DNA of 32,000 nt. Origin: Phycisphaera mikurensis NBRC 102666. Its GTDB lineage: Bacteria > Planctomycetota > Phycisphaerae > Phycisphaerales > Phycisphaeraceae. Position numbers and translations under genes: made by a program. Below are positions 11,301 to 20,426 of this stretch, one piece after another (position 1 is the first letter of the stretch; each line of letters starts with the position of its first letter). Location: positions 420,001 through 452,000 of the forward strand of contig NC_017080.1 in the NCBI RefSeq assembly GCF_000284115.1, written 5' to 3'. The notes under the pieces were generated by a model. The model did no database searches, had not been told where the DNA came from, and saw only the letters and a list, made by a program, of their open reading frames with translations.

Positions 11301-12864
11301 GGCGGGGGGAGGCGACGCCGCGGACGGGCTGCCTCGCCTGCCCGGGGTGTGGACGGTCCGCGGCCGGCGGCCCGGGGCGCTCGTGCCCGCGCTGCCGGCC
11401 GCGGCCGCCGACGCGGGGGCCGCGCGGCTCGGCGCCGCCTTCGGGGAAGCCGATCCGGCCGCCACCCCCGCCGGCCGCGCCGGGGGCTCCCGGGTCGTCG
11501 TCACCGGCGGCGACGCGGCGGCGGCGTGGTCGGTGCTCGTGCCCGCTGCCGGCGGGCGCACCGAGCGGGGCTTCGACTTCCCCCCGCCGCCGGGCGACGC
11601 CGTCCTCCTGCTCGACGACGGCGACCTCCTCCTGCTGTTCAGCGCCGCCTCGGGCACGCTCCACCGCGTGCGTCCGCCCGGCGGGTCGGGCGGGGCCTTC
11701 GCCGCCGGCGACGCGGGGACGCTGGAGCTCTTCGATCCCGGGCCGCTGCTGGCCTCCGTCCCCGAAGCCGCCGCCGAGCCCGCCGCCGCCGCCGGCACCG
11801 TCGGCGGCGTTGCGCAGCGGATCGAGGCCGAGGGTCGGCGCGACCGGGCCCAGCAGGAAGCCATCCGGAGGCTGCGTGAGAACCGCGCCGCCCGCGTCGG
11901 CGACCGCCTCGGCCCCCGCGTGCTCGTGAACGGCCGCGTCCTGGCGAACGGCCGGGCCGTCGACGACGGCACCGTCGCGGTCCGCGGCGAGCGGCTCGCA
12001 GCCGCCACCCCCGGCGTCGTCGTGGTGGCCGGGGCGGACGGTCGGGTCGTCGCGGCCGATCCCGGCACGGGCCGGGTGCAGTGGGCGCGGCGGGTGCCGG
12101 TGGCGTCGCTGGATGGGCTGTACCTCGACGAGGAGAACCTCGTCCTCCGCGGCATGGACGCGCCCGGCGCCGAGTCCGCCGCCCACCGGCTGCTCCGCCT
12201 CGACCCGCTCACCGGCGAGACGCTCGCGCCCGACGTGGTCGAGGCGTCCCAGCGGCCGCTCGGCGTCGCCGTCGGCGGCGGGCGGCTCGTCGTCGCCTTC
12301 GAGCGCTTCGTGGCCGCCTACGGGCTGCCCGGCGGCGGCCTGCTGTGGCGGGCGCCGATCGCCGAGGACGAGGCGGCGGGCTTCTCCGGCCGGCTCATCG
12401 CCGGCGATGACGTCGTCGTCGCCGGCACCGCCGCCGGGGGTGTCACCCTTTGCGTGTACGACGCCGCGACCGGCGAACCGCGGGCCCGGCCGCTGGTGCC
12501 CGAACCGGGACGCGGTGCTCTGCCGCCGGGGGGCGCCCTGCTCTTGGGCGACCGGCTCGACCTGCCCGGTGGCCGCGCCGTCGACGCCCGCGGGCGTCGC
12601 CTCTTCGAGACGCCCGGCGTGGACGCCGCCCCCGCCCGCGTCGACGTCTCCGCCACCGAGGTCCTCGTCGCTTCCGCGGACGGCGGCGGCGCGGCCGTCC
12701 TCCGGCTGGACCGCGAGACGGGCCGCATGAGCGGGCGCTTCGACCTCCCGGAGCCGCCGGGCGGCCGCTCCGCCGGTGTGCCTCTGCTCCGCCTGGTTCA
12801 GCGGCTCCTGGTCGCCGAGGACGCCGCCGGCCTGCTCGTCGTCGACGCGGAGCCCGCCGATTGA
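8395..12864 (+). CDS. Large secreted PQQ-like/BamB-like beta-propeller repeat protein (1489 aa)
   Basis: Signal-peptide-like N-terminus ([18 protein letters not shown]); repeated motifs such as [76 protein letters not shown]. Confidence 0.8.
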   Translation: MRIRDASVLRAGSVLAVIPAVLAAAPAAADAVPLGSAVYVEDSPTAVQQLLRAEELAAAGRLQDAAAALDRAVENHGGDLVPAGGDPAEFGDASRRFVEVRSRVAERLAADPPLAAAYRVAFGDEAQRLADRAGRPADPADRRTALGEVALRYGATAAGRTAALDAAGYALEAADPADARRWLAVAGSVAGEEAGDAGRGAELHAAADAVEAAARAAAAAAAAAGSDAASAPLAAGGAEPGLGAAWTFWFGPLGVEPGVDQSRRLGSGRRAASPPLVAARGSAVFLNTGALLLRLDRDAGRPVWSVDPRGVPVPPVAGAAEGGRGVLLRGDAAIAVLGESPDPRQRRFGLVEPGREPTRLVAVDARTGAARWSVTPEALDPSLARAALAGTPIGDPADAAGQPLVVLLRRAGRAGFVDTRVAGVDPATGALRWTRPLSSVSSDARFGNPDEPAPVGVAAGGRVYVDAGLGVTAALDPRTGRIAWLRVDEPDPGAAGRGTRSRAPVAGPFAPILTGAGLIVGLPDGGHALLDPGSGRRLAMPGPLGVSHDRAELQAVRDCGRLVGLVATAGGEAVALDPDTLAERWRVPAGEALPRPDGEARPAGPEVVLVAGRDAFRRRLSDGALLAREPGGAGFARVRLPGGGWIQASPAAVRLHDRPGAAAERLAARVAASPEDPSAGLALAWLGLERADPAWLLAGTDAALDAAAAAGGQEAGPVAAELLERVATAGADRAFDGVRREVLSRIAASGAADPIALAMVSSEAARSEGRLADAVALLQEVIDDPGLADRLFVLRGTTRRAGLEARERLAGLLAEGRERGIDLYATQRDRADAAFVAAREADDAAALSEVARRFPFSAAAAGALAAAAEKAGGAADPAGVRATRSLWRSAYRAALAASESGDAAADQVAARAAAALVAGEAAAGRPAAARGWARRFRRELPGVALPLRGLETATASAADPVEAWIDAAAAGGGDAADGLPRLPGVWTVRGRRPGALVPALPAAAADAGAARLGAAFGEADPAATPAGRAGGSRVVVTGGDAAAAWSVLVPAAGGRTERGFDFPPPPGDAVLLLDDGDLLLLFSAASGTLHRVRPPGGSGGAFAAGDAGTLELFDPGPLLASVPEAAAEPAAAAGTVGGVAQRIEAEGRRDRAQQEAIRRLRENRAARVGDRLGPRVLVNGRVLANGRAVDDGTVAVRGERLAAATPGVVVVAGADGRVVAADPGTGRVQWARRVPVASLDGLYLDEENLVLRGMDAPGAESAAHRLLRLDPLTGETLAPDVVEASQRPLGVAVGGGRLVVAFERFVAAYGLPGGGLLWRAPIAEDEAAGFSGRLIAGDDVVVAGTAAGGVTLCVYDAATGEPRARPLVPEPGRGALPPGGALLLGDRLDLPGGRAVDARGRRLFETPGVDAAPARVDVSATEVLVASADGGGAAVLRLDRETGRMSGRFDLPEPPGGRSAGVPLLRLVQRLLVAEDAAGLLVVDAEPAD
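11318..11363 (+). repeat. 46-bp interrupted palindrome, intragenic copy: CCGCGGACgG-N26-CGGTCCGCGG
   Basis: One mismatch in the left arm; exact 26-nt spacing; inside the PQQ-protein CDS. Confidence 0.6.
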
Positions 12865-12887
12865 GGTGGAGCCGCCCGGACGCGACC

Positions 12888-12893
12888 TACGCT
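12888..12893 (+). promoter_or_regulatory. Candidate -10 box TACGCT upstream of glyA
   Basis: gcgacctacgctctgcc; 45 nt before the glyA ATG. Confidence 0.3.
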
Positions 12894-12938
12894 CTGCCCC
12901 GTTTCGCACGACCGCCAGCCGCCGCCGGAGCCCACGCC

Positions 12939-14285
12939 ATGCCCTCCCTCTCCGTCTCGCTCGATCCCGCCAAGCCGCTTCTCTCCGTGAAAGCGGGCGT
13001 GGGCGAGCCCGCTCCCGCGGGAGTCTCGGCCCTGCAGGCGAGCGATCCCGAGATCGCCGCGCTCGTCGCCCAGGAGAAGGACCGCCAGCACCGCACCCTG
13101 GAGATGATCGCCAGCGAGAACCACGCGAGCCACGCGGTGATGGAGGCCCAGGGCAGCTGCCTCACCAACAAGTACGCCGAGGGCTACCCCGGCAAGCGCT
13201 ACTACTCGGGCTGTGCGTTCCACGACGAGGTGGAGACCCTCGCCATCGAGCGGGCCAAGCGGCTCTTCGGCTGCGGGTACGCCAACGTGCAGCCCCACTC
13301 GGGGGCCTCGGCGAACCTGGCCGTGCAGCTGGCCCTTTTCGACCCCGGCGACACCTTCGCCGCGATCGAGCTCTCCGACGGCGGCCACCTCACCCACGGC
13401 AGCCCGGTGAACCTCTCGGGCAAGTGGCTCAACCCCGTCACGTACAACCTGGTCACCGACGAGTCGCGGGAGGACTGGGGCCACCTGGACTACGACAGCG
13501 TCGACCGCGTGTGCGCCGAGCACAAGCCCAAGGTCCTGATGACCGGCTACTCGGCGTACCCGCGCACGATCGACTTCGCCCGCTTCCGCGAGATCGCCGA
13601 CCGGCACGGCGCGATCCTCTGGGCCGACGTGGCGCACATCGCCGGGCTCATCGCCGGCGGGGCGCACCCCTCCCCCTTCCCGCACTGCCACGTCGTGACC
13701 ACCACCACGCACAAGACGCTGCGTGGTCCACGCGGCGGCATGATCCTCACCGACGACGCGGACCTCGCGAAGAGGTTCAACTCGGCCGTCTTCCCCGGCA
13801 CCCAGGGCGGCCCGCTCATGCACGTCATCGCCGCCAAGGCCGTCGCCTTCGGCGAGGACCTGCAGCCCTCCTTCAGGGCCTACGCCGAGCAGGTCGTCGC
13901 CAACGCCAAGCGCCTCGCGGGCGAGCTGATGGACCGCGGCTACAAGCTCGCCAGCAACGGCACCGACAACCACCTCATCCTGGTGGACCTCCGCGCGACC
14001 GACCCCGAGCTCACCGGCAAGGACGCCGCGTCCTGGCTGGAGCGGGCCGGCATCATCGCCAACATGAACACCGTGCCCAACGAGACCCGCAGCCCCTTCA
14101 AGACCAGCGGCATCCGTCTGGGCACCCCCGCCTTGACCACCCGCGGCCTCCGCGCCGACGACCTCGCCGAGGTCGCCGGTTTCATCGACCGCGTGCTGAC
14201 CAGCCGCGGCGACGCCGCCGTCATCGACGCCGTCCGCGCCGACGTCGAGTCCCTCTGCGACCGCTTCCCCCGGCTCTCCGCCTGA
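12939..14285 (+). CDS. glyA: Serine hydroxymethyltransferase
   Basis: [47 protein letters not shown] and PLP-lysine motif [19 protein letters not shown]. Confidence 0.97.
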   Translation: MPSLSVSLDPAKPLLSVKAGVGEPAPAGVSALQASDPEIAALVAQEKDRQHRTLEMIASENHASHAVMEAQGSCLTNKYAEGYPGKRYYSGCAFHDEVETLAIERAKRLFGCGYANVQPHSGASANLAVQLALFDPGDTFAAIELSDGGHLTHGSPVNLSGKWLNPVTYNLVTDESREDWGHLDYDSVDRVCAEHKPKVLMTGYSAYPRTIDFARFREIADRHGAILWADVAHIAGLIAGGAHPSPFPHCHVVTTTTHKTLRGPRGGMILTDDADLAKRFNSAVFPGTQGGPLMHVIAAKAVAFGEDLQPSFRAYAEQVVANAKRLAGELMDRGYKLASNGTDNHLILVDLRATDPELTGKDAASWLERAGIIANMNTVPNETRSPFKTSGIRLGTPALTTRGLRADDLAEVAGFIDRVLTSRGDAAVIDAVRADVESLCDRFPRLSA

Positions 14286-14372
14286 GCCGCTGCGCGGCGT
14301 GCCCGGCGCACCCCGTGTGCCGAGTGTCCCTTTCCTCGACTCCTTCTCGCGCACCGCCGGGCCGCCAGGCCG

Positions 14373-14418
14373 CCGCGGACCGCCGCCCCAACGGGTCGAT
14401 CCCGTCGACGGTCCGCGG
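14373..14418 (+). repeat. 46-bp interrupted palindrome, copy 4: CCGCGGACCG-N26-CGGTCCGCGG
   Basis: Direct reading; downstream of glyA. Confidence 0.85.
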
Positions 14419-14568
14419 ATCCGGCGGCGGAGGGGTCCGCCGGGGTCAGCTCGGAGCCGCGTCGCGGCGCGGCCGCCTCGCCTGCCGGCCGCCGCTGGCA
14501 GCCTGGCAGAGCCAGCCGCTGGACGCGGGTTCTCTCGCCCTCGCCCGCGGCCGCCTGCCGATCGGGAT

Positions 14569-14964
14569 CTACCGCTTCTGCATGTCGGCGAGGTGAAGCT
14601 CCAAGCTCCTCACCGAGATCGTGATCTCGTAGAGCGAGACGCCCAGCGAAGCGGCGAGCAGGAGCAGCGCGACGCCGAAGGCGTAGGCGGCGACAAGGTC
14701 TTGGCCGACGTAGACGAGCAGCATCGACGCGACGCAGAGGAACAGGCTCGCGACGCCGAGGACCTGCATGTTGCGGGTCAGGTAGATCCGCCGCCGCAGG
14801 TTCGCGATCTGCGCCTCCAGCACGCTCGCGGGGTCCTGCTGGAACCGCTCGTAGAGAGTCCGCACCAGGTTCGCGTAGCCCATGAAGCGGTTGGTGTAGG
14901 CCAGCAGCAGCAGCGAGATCGCCGAGAAGAGCAGCGCCGGCGTGGAGAGCGAGAGGTCCTGCAT
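14569..14964 (-). CDS. Small membrane protein, DUF2721-like
   Basis: MQDLSLSTPALLFSAISLLLLAYTNRFMGYANLVRTLYERFQQDP...NMQVLGVASLFLCVASMLLVYVGQDLVAAYAFGVALLLLAASLGVSLYEITISVRSLELHLADM: hydrophobic segments and DUF2721-type pattern. Confidence 0.75.
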   Translation of the reverse strand: MQDLSLSTPALLFSAISLLLLAYTNRFMGYANLVRTLYERFQQDPASVLEAQIANLRRRIYLTRNMQVLGVASLFLCVASMLLVYVGQDLVAAYAFGVALLLLAASLGVSLYEITISVRSLELHLADMQKR

Positions 14965-15101
14965 GCCCGGGGAACGTAGCGCCGGCTCCGTTCCACGCTC
15001 GGGCCGCTCCGGGCCGCTCCCGGCCGCCCGCGCGGCTGGCTTGAGCGGCGCTGCGGATCCGCGTCGCGGCCCGCCGCGACGGTCCGAGAGGCGCATCGCG
15101 T

Positions 15102-15971
15102 TCAGGCGTAGCGGACGGTGGTGACGAGCGGGGAGGAAGCGTGACCGAAGCGCAGCCCGCCGCCGGGCGTCGTCTCGATCGTCGGCAGGACGTGGAGGTG
15201 CGGCTCGCCGTCGCCGGGGAAGTAGTCGGCGTCGGTGTGCGTGCCCGACACGGCCGGGCACCAGCGGAAGAGGGTGGGGCCGACCCGCCGCTCCCGCCAG
15301 CGGTGCACGTGCCCGTTGCACACGGCGGCGACGCAGGGGCGGTCGAGCAGGGCGAGCACCCGATCGCGGGCGGCGGGCTCGGGGCACCAGTACAGCTCGC
15401 GGCCGGTGCGTCGCTCGTCGGGCTCGCGGAGGAAGAGCGGAGCGTGCTGGAAGAGGGCAACCTTCTCCCCGGCCCGCTCCGCCTGGTCGAGTTCCTCCCG
15501 CAGCCAGGCTTCCTGCTCGGCCTCGGCCGCGAGGCCGCTGCCCCAGACCTGGCTGTTGCAGCCCAGGAGGCGGAGGCCGTCGGCCGCGAACGAGAAGCGG
15601 TCGGGCCCGAAGGCTTCGGCCCAGGCGGCGAGGCGGTCGGCGTTCACCGGCCAATCGGTCAGCGACGAGGGGAAGTTGCCGGCGTCGTGGTTGCCGGGCA
15701 CGAGGTGCACCGACGCGACCGCCGCGGACCGCGTCGGCAGACCGCGGAAGAAGGCCGCGATCCGCGGGTACTCGGTCGGGTCCCGGAAGCCGAGGTCGGC
15801 GAGGTCGCCGGTGACGACCACCCGCCAAGGCTCGCCGGCGGGGAGCGCGTCGAAGCCGCCGGTGACGAGGCGTTCGAGGTGGGCCCAGGCGAGGCGGTTG
15901 GGCGCGGCGTGGTCCGGGTCGGTCGGATCTTCGTGGCCCAGGTGGAGGTCGGAGATCTGGACGACGCGCAT
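15102..15971 (-). CDS. Metallophosphoesterase (calcineurin-like)
   Basis: MRVVQISDLHLGHE, VVVTGDLADLG, LVPGNHD, CNGHVHRWRE: all phosphoesterase metal motifs present. Confidence 0.93.
   Translation of the reverse strand: MRVVQISDLHLGHEDPTDPDHAAPNRLAWAHLERLVTGGFDALPAGEPWRVVVTGDLADLGFRDPTEYPRIAAFFRGLPTRSAAVASVHLVPGNHDAGNFPSSLTDWPVNADRLAAWAEAFGPDRFSFAADGLRLLGCNSQVWGSGLAAEAEQEAWLREELDQAERAGEKVALFQHAPLFLREPDERRTGRELYWCPEPAARDRVLALLDRPCVAAVCNGHVHRWRERRVGPTLFRWCPAVSGTHTDADYFPGDGEPHLHVLPTIETTPGGGLRFGHASSPLVTTVRYA
15722..15767 (+). repeat. 46-bp interrupted palindrome, intragenic copy: CCGCGGACCG-N26-CGaTCCGCGG
   Basis: One mismatch in right arm; exact 26-nt spacing; inside the phosphoesterase CDS. 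Confidence 0.6.
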
Positions 15972-16077
15972 GCGGCGAGGCTACGGGTGCGCCGCCGCGA
16001 CCCCCATCCGCCTCGGACCGATCCGGGCGCGCGCCGGGCGGGTGTCGCTCCGCAGCCGAACGCCCGATACTGCCGCC

Positions 16078-17016
16078 ATGAAGATCCTCCTGACCGGCGC
16101 CTCCTCCTTCACGGGAGCCCACTACGCGGCGACGCTCGCGGCCCGCGGCCACGAGGTGACGGCGACGTTCACGCGCGGGGAGGGCGACTACGCCGACGGC
16201 GGGGTGCGGCAGGACCGGGTCGCCCGGGTGACCGGCTGCGCCAAGCCGCTCTGGAACGCTTCCTTCGGCGACGACCGCTTCACCGACACGCTCGCCTCGG
16301 GCGGCTTCGACGCGTTGTGCCACCACGCGGCGGACGTCACGGACTACAAGTCGCCCGCTTTCGACGCGGCGGGCGCCATCGCCAACAACACCCGCAACGC
16401 CCACGCCGTGCTGGCGAGCGTGGCGGCCGACGGCGGCGTGCTCATGCTCACCGGCTCGGTCTTCGCCGGCGGCCGCGGCGCGGGCAGCGACGGTCTCCCG
16501 CACTTCTCGCCGTACGGCCTCTCCAAGGGCCTCTCCAACGAGCTGCTCGCCTACCTCGCGGCGGCCGCGGGCGTGCCGTGCGGCGAGGTCGTGATCCCCA
16601 ACCCCTTCGGCCCGCTGGAGGAGCCGCGCTTCACCGCCTACCTCGTCAAGACGTGGATGAAAGAGGAGGCGGCGGGCTGCAACACGCCGCTTTACGTGCG
16701 CGACAACCTCCACGTCGGCCTGCTGGCGCTGGCCTACGCCGACGCGGTGGAGCGGCTCGCGGCCCGGCGGCCGGCTTTCGAGCGGCTCGAGCCCTCGGGT
16801 TACATCGAGAGCCAGGGCGCCTTCGCGCAGCGCTACGCGCGGGAGATGTCCGGCCGGCTCGGGAAGCCGTGCGTGCTGAACCTGGCCGACCAGACCGCAT
16901 TCAGCGAGCCGCGGATCCGCGTGAACACCGACCCGCTGGACGAGGCGGCGCTGGGCTTCGACGAGGCCGCGGCTTGGGACGAGGCGGCCGCGGACTACCT
17001 CCGGCGGCTGGGCTGA
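16078..17016 (+). CDS. NAD-dependent epimerase/dehydratase (extended SDR)
   Basis: MKILLTGASSFTGAHYAATLAARGHEV nucleotide-binding motif; catalytic YGLSK. Confidence 0.88.
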   Translation: MKILLTGASSFTGAHYAATLAARGHEVTATFTRGEGDYADGGVRQDRVARVTGCAKPLWNASFGDDRFTDTLASGGFDALCHHAADVTDYKSPAFDAAGAIANNTRNAHAVLASVAADGGVLMLTGSVFAGGRGAGSDGLPHFSPYGLSKGLSNELLAYLAAAAGVPCGEVVIPNPFGPLEEPRFTAYLVKTWMKEEAAGCNTPLYVRDNLHVGLLALAYADAVERLAARRPAFERLEPSGYIESQGAFAQRYAREMSGRLGKPCVLNLADQTAFSEPRIRVNTDPLDEAALGFDEAAAWDEAAADYLRRLG

Positions 17017-17048
17017 GGGACCGCGACGGCCTCGCCGCGGCGAGGGCG

Positions 17049-17094
17049 CCGCGGACCGCGGGCGGTTCGAGGGGAAAACGGCGGCGGTCCGCGG
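17049..17094 (+). repeat. 46-bp interrupted palindrome, copy 6: CCGCGGACCG-N26-CGGTCCGCGG
   Basis: Direct reading; between the epimerase stop and the lipoprotein start. Confidence 0.85.
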
Positions 17095-17129
17095 GTGGGC
17101 CCGGGTCCGGCCGCCGCTTACGCTCCCGG

Positions 17130-18341
17130 GTGGCTTCGCTCCTCCGCTCCTCGCTGGCGACCCGCTCCCGCCGGGGCTTCCGCCTCCTGCTCGTGGCCGC
17201 CTGCCTCGCGCTGGCGGGGTGCGGGTACCCCAACCGGGGGGCGACGCTCGACCGGATGGGCGCATCGCTGGGGCTGGCGCCCGAGACCGCGGCCTTCGAC
17301 CCCCCGACGCTCCGGCTGGGGGTGATGCCCTTCGACGCGTGGTACTCGCCCTGGGAAGCGCTCGACGCCGACGCGCTGGGGAACCACCGGCACGAGGCCG
17401 CCGGCCTGCTCGGCACGCCGCTGGGCTCCCCGCGCGGCGCGGAGGTCTCCCGCGGGATCCTCTACACGCAGCGGGGCGGCTTCCTCGACATCGCGCACCT
17501 GCGCAACGCGGTCGACCTCACCCGCTTCGTCCACCGGCAGGTGGCGCCGTGGCTGCGGGAGGACCAGCCGGTGACGCTGGAGATGCTCGCCGCCGAACCG
17601 GACCTCTACCGCGTGACGCTGACGCCGCCGCCAAACGCCACCCCCGGCGAGCGGGACGCGGCCGCCGTGGAGATCGCCGGCCGGATCGCGTACCTCATGA
17701 CCACCTGGCACGAGGTGCTCACGTGGTTCGGGTACCGGGGGCTGGGCGTCATCACCGAGCGGCCGTCGGCGTTCAGCTACGACGACGCCCCGAGCCACCG
17801 CGTGGGCGTGGAGCTGGCGATGGCGGTGCTCCGCGAGGTCGCGCCCGACCCGCTCGGGGCGCGGGAGCCCGGCGGCGAAGAGATCGACGGAGCCGTCTTC
17901 GACGCCGCCATCACCGCCGCGCTGCCCCGGCGTCTGCACGCGCTCGGCGTGGTCGCGCCGGCGGAGGCGACCGCTCGGATGCGGGCGATGGAGGGGCTGT
18001 GGTGGGATCACGGCCGGCCGCTGCTGCGCGTCGTGGATCTGGGCCTCGACGGCTCGCCGCTGCGTGCCCACCTCACGCCGCGGCCCGCCGCCGTCGGCGA
18101 GGCGTCGCTGCTGCTCGCCCGCGCCGACGCGGCGCCCGCGGGCGTGGTGTGGGACTTCGACCCGACGCTCCGCATCGCCGGCGTGCCGCTGCGGGATTGG
18201 TTCGGCGTGGCGATCGAGCCGCGGAGCTTCGAGGCCGCCGCCATCCGGCACGCCGCGGGCGTCAGCGGCGGGGAGCCGATCCGGCCGCGGGCCCACTTCC
18301 CGACGCTGGAGGCGGCGCTGCTCGCGATGCCGGTGCCCTGA
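17130..18341 (+). CDS. Lipoprotein, DUF4056-like (GTG start)
   Basis: Signal and lipobox FRLLLVAACLALAGCGYPNRG; body LRLGVMPFDAWYSPWEALDAD...TWHEVLTWFGYRGLGVITERPSAFSYDD...SHRVGVELA. Confidence 0.75.
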   Translation: MASLLRSSLATRSRRGFRLLLVAACLALAGCGYPNRGATLDRMGASLGLAPETAAFDPPTLRLGVMPFDAWYSPWEALDADALGNHRHEAAGLLGTPLGSPRGAEVSRGILYTQRGGFLDIAHLRNAVDLTRFVHRQVAPWLREDQPVTLEMLAAEPDLYRVTLTPPPNATPGERDAAAVEIAGRIAYLMTTWHEVLTWFGYRGLGVITERPSAFSYDDAPSHRVGVELAMAVLREVAPDPLGAREPGGEEIDGAVFDAAITAALPRRLHALGVVAPAEATARMRAMEGLWWDHGRPLLRVVDLGLDGSPLRAHLTPRPAAVGEASLLLARADAAPAGVVWDFDPTLRIAGVPLRDWFGVAIEPRSFEAAAIRHAAGVSGGEPIRPRAHFPTLEAALLAMPVP

Positions 18342-18375
18342 GCGTCGGGCCCGCCGCCGCGGGGGCTCTGCTGCG

Positions 18376-19146
18376 TCAGCGGCGGCGTGGCACGACCGCG
18401 GCGACGGCGACCTCGACGGGGCCGTGGCCGGCGGCGCGGAGGGTCGCGGAGGCGGCGCGGAGCGTCGCGCCGGTGGTCAGCACGTCGTCCACGAGCAGCA
18501 CGGGCCCGGCGGGCGCGGCGGGCCGGCCGGGCCAGGGGCGGGCCGCGGCGAAGGCGCGCGACATGCGCCGCAGCCGTTGCTGGCGGCTCATGCCGCGTTG
18601 CGGCGGCGTGTGGCGGCGGCGGCGGAGCAGCGGCACGACCCGCAGCGGGACGCCCCCCGCCGCCGCCTCGGCGGCGAGCGCGTCGGCCATCAGCCGCGCC
18701 TGGTTGAAGCCGCGGTGCCAGCGGCGTCGCAGCGGCATCGGCACGAAGGCCACCGCCGGCGTCGGGGCCTCCGGGCCGGGGCGGGCGGCAAGCCAGGCGG
18801 CGGCGAGCCGGGCCCCGAAGAAGCCGCTCCAGGCCCACTCGCGCCGGAACTTCATCCGCGCGATCCACGCCGACAGGTCGCCCGCGTAGGGCCCGAGCTG
18901 GTGCAGCCGCGACCACGGCGCCCCGGCCGCGGGGCAGTTGGGGTCCTCGGGCCCGCGGCAACCCGGGCCCAGCGCTTCCCCGCAGCGCGGGCAGGCGGTG
19001 GCGGGGTCGGCCGCCTCGAAGCCGCCGGCCGCGGACACGGCGGCCTCGACGAGGCGCGGAACCGCGGCGTCGAACAGGGCGGCCGCGTCGCCCCGCCGGC
19101 TCTGCAACCACCCGCGGCGGGGCTCGGGGGGCGGGAAGCGGAGCAC
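18376..19146 (-). CDS. comF: ComF family protein / amidophosphoribosyltransferase-like (GTG start)
   Basis: CPRCGEALGPGC..., FVPMPLRRRWHRGFNQARLMADALA, PRPP-binding VLLVDDVLTTGATL. Confidence 0.92.
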   Translation of the reverse strand: MLRFPPPEPRRGWLQSRRGDAAALFDAAVPRLVEAAVSAAGGFEAADPATACPRCGEALGPGCRGPEDPNCPAAGAPWSRLHQLGPYAGDLSAWIARMKFRREWAWSGFFGARLAAAWLAARPGPEAPTPAVAFVPMPLRRRWHRGFNQARLMADALAAEAAAGGVPLRVVPLLRRRRHTPPQRGMSRQQRLRRMSRAFAAARPWPGRPAAPAGPVLLVDDVLTTGATLRAASATLRAAGHGPVEVAVAAVVPRRR

Positions 19147-19165
19147 GACGCCGCGAGGCTACTCC

Positions 19166-19320
19166 GCGCACCGCGCCTCATTTCCTGCCGCCCCCGCGGT
19201 CGGGCTTCCGCCCCGGCCGCGTCGGTCTGCAGCGCCGTGCCGGGGCACGGCGGCTTCGACCTCCTCGCCAGAGCGAAAGCTCGCGGACGCGGGAACGGCA
19301 GGAGACGAGGCGCGCTGCGC
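19166..19320. repeat. 155-bp intergenic element bounded by 25-bp near-perfect inverted repeats (22/25 paired), with internal hairpins
   Basis: GCGCACCGCGCCTCATTTCCTGCCG (19166-19190) vs reverse complement of 19296-19320, GCGCAGCGCGCCTCGTCTCCTGCCG; inner GCCGTGCC-gg-GGCACGGC (19234-19251) and GAGC-GAAA-GCTC (19271-19282). Confidence 0.65.
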
Positions 19321-20345
19321 TAGCTCGGGCCGGAGAGCGCCGGGTTCTCGACCACGTTCAGCTTGCCCCCGCGGACCCAGGCACTGTGCCGGGCGAAGTC
19401 GCGGACGAAGCGGTCGGGGAGGCCGGTCGGCTTGCGCGTGAGGAGCCGGCGGCCGAGGCGGACGAGCAGCCCGGCGGCGTGCGCGGCGTCGGCGGCGAGG
19501 GCCCCCGCGAAGCCGTGGTGCTTGAGCCAGTAGCGGCGGCGGGCCTGGAACCAGTAGCCCGGCCGACGCTTCGCCTTCGCCGCGACGCCCTTGGCGTGGG
19601 TGATGCCGGTGGTCTGGCCGACGAGGTGGACGACGCGGGAGGCCGGCACGTACCAGGTCGGCCAGCCGGCCTTCTTCGCCGAATGGCAGAGGTCGATGTC
19701 GTCGAAGTAGGTGTAGTAGTCGTCGTCGAGGGGGCCGATGGCGTCGATGACCTCGCGGCGGATCAGCAGCGAAGCCCCCGCGACCCAATCGACCTCGGTG
19801 GGCTCGTCGTACACCGGCAGCGGGACGACGGCGTGCCGCACCAGCTTCGTGACCGGGCCGAAGCGGGCGACGGTGTCGAACTCGTTGCGGAGGTTGAAGA
19901 ACCGGAAGGCGGAGACCTGCGGCGTGCCGTCGGGGTCCTCGAGGCGCGAGCCGGCGAGGCCGGCGGCGGGGTTGCGGTCGAGGAAGCCGACGAGCTCGCG
20001 GAAGGCGCCGGGCCGGACGATGGTGTCGTTGTTCAGCAGCAGGACATGCTCGGGCGGGTCGTCCAGGGCCAGGGCGGGGCGGATGACCGCGTTGTTGCCG
20101 CCGGTGAAGCCGAGGTTCGGGGAGATCGTGGTGAGGCTGCACCAGCCGCCGTAGCCGCGGTCCGCGATGAAGGCGGCGAGGCGGTCGGCGTCGCCGGGGG
20201 CGTCCGCGGTGCCGGGCCGGCTCCCGTTGTCGCAGACGCCCACGCGGGTGCCGGGAACCTCGTCGACGATCCCGGCGATGGAGTCGAGGCAATCGGCCGT
20301 GAGCTGGAAGCCGTTGTAGTTGACGAGGACGACGAGCAGCTTCAT
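19320..20345 (-). CDS. Glycosyltransferase family 2
   Basis: MKLLVVLVNYNGFQLTADCLDSI...NLGFTGGNNAVIR...HVLLLNNDTIV...WVAGASLLIRREVIDAIGPLDDDYYTYFDDIDLC. Confidence 0.93.
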   Translation of the reverse strand: MKLLVVLVNYNGFQLTADCLDSIAGIVDEVPGTRVGVCDNGSRPGTADAPGDADRLAAFIADRGYGGWCSLTTISPNLGFTGGNNAVIRPALALDDPPEHVLLLNNDTIVRPGAFRELVGFLDRNPAAGLAGSRLEDPDGTPQVSAFRFFNLRNEFDTVARFGPVTKLVRHAVVPLPVYDEPTEVDWVAGASLLIRREVIDAIGPLDDDYYTYFDDIDLCHSAKKAGWPTWYVPASRVVHLVGQTTGITHAKGVAAKAKRRPGYWFQARRRYWLKHHGFAGALAADAAHAAGLLVRLGRRLLTRKPTGLPDRFVRDFARHSAWVRGGKLNVVENPALSGPS

Positions 20346-20426
20346 GGCGGGGCGGGGCGAACGGGGTTCGGTCGGGCGGAGCGCGGCCGGCCGGTGCAGT
20401 GTGCCCGACGGGGCCTTCATCGGTCG

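Noticed and set aside
11978-11987. Single arm CGGTCCGCGG in the PQQ gene
   Set aside because: The position 36 nt upstream matches the partner arm poorly (about 6/10), so it is probably an isolated chance occurrence.
8341-12909. 1522-aa antisense ORF opposite the PQQ-repeat gene
   Set aside because: Same composition artefact; sense frame has a signal peptide and propeller motifs.
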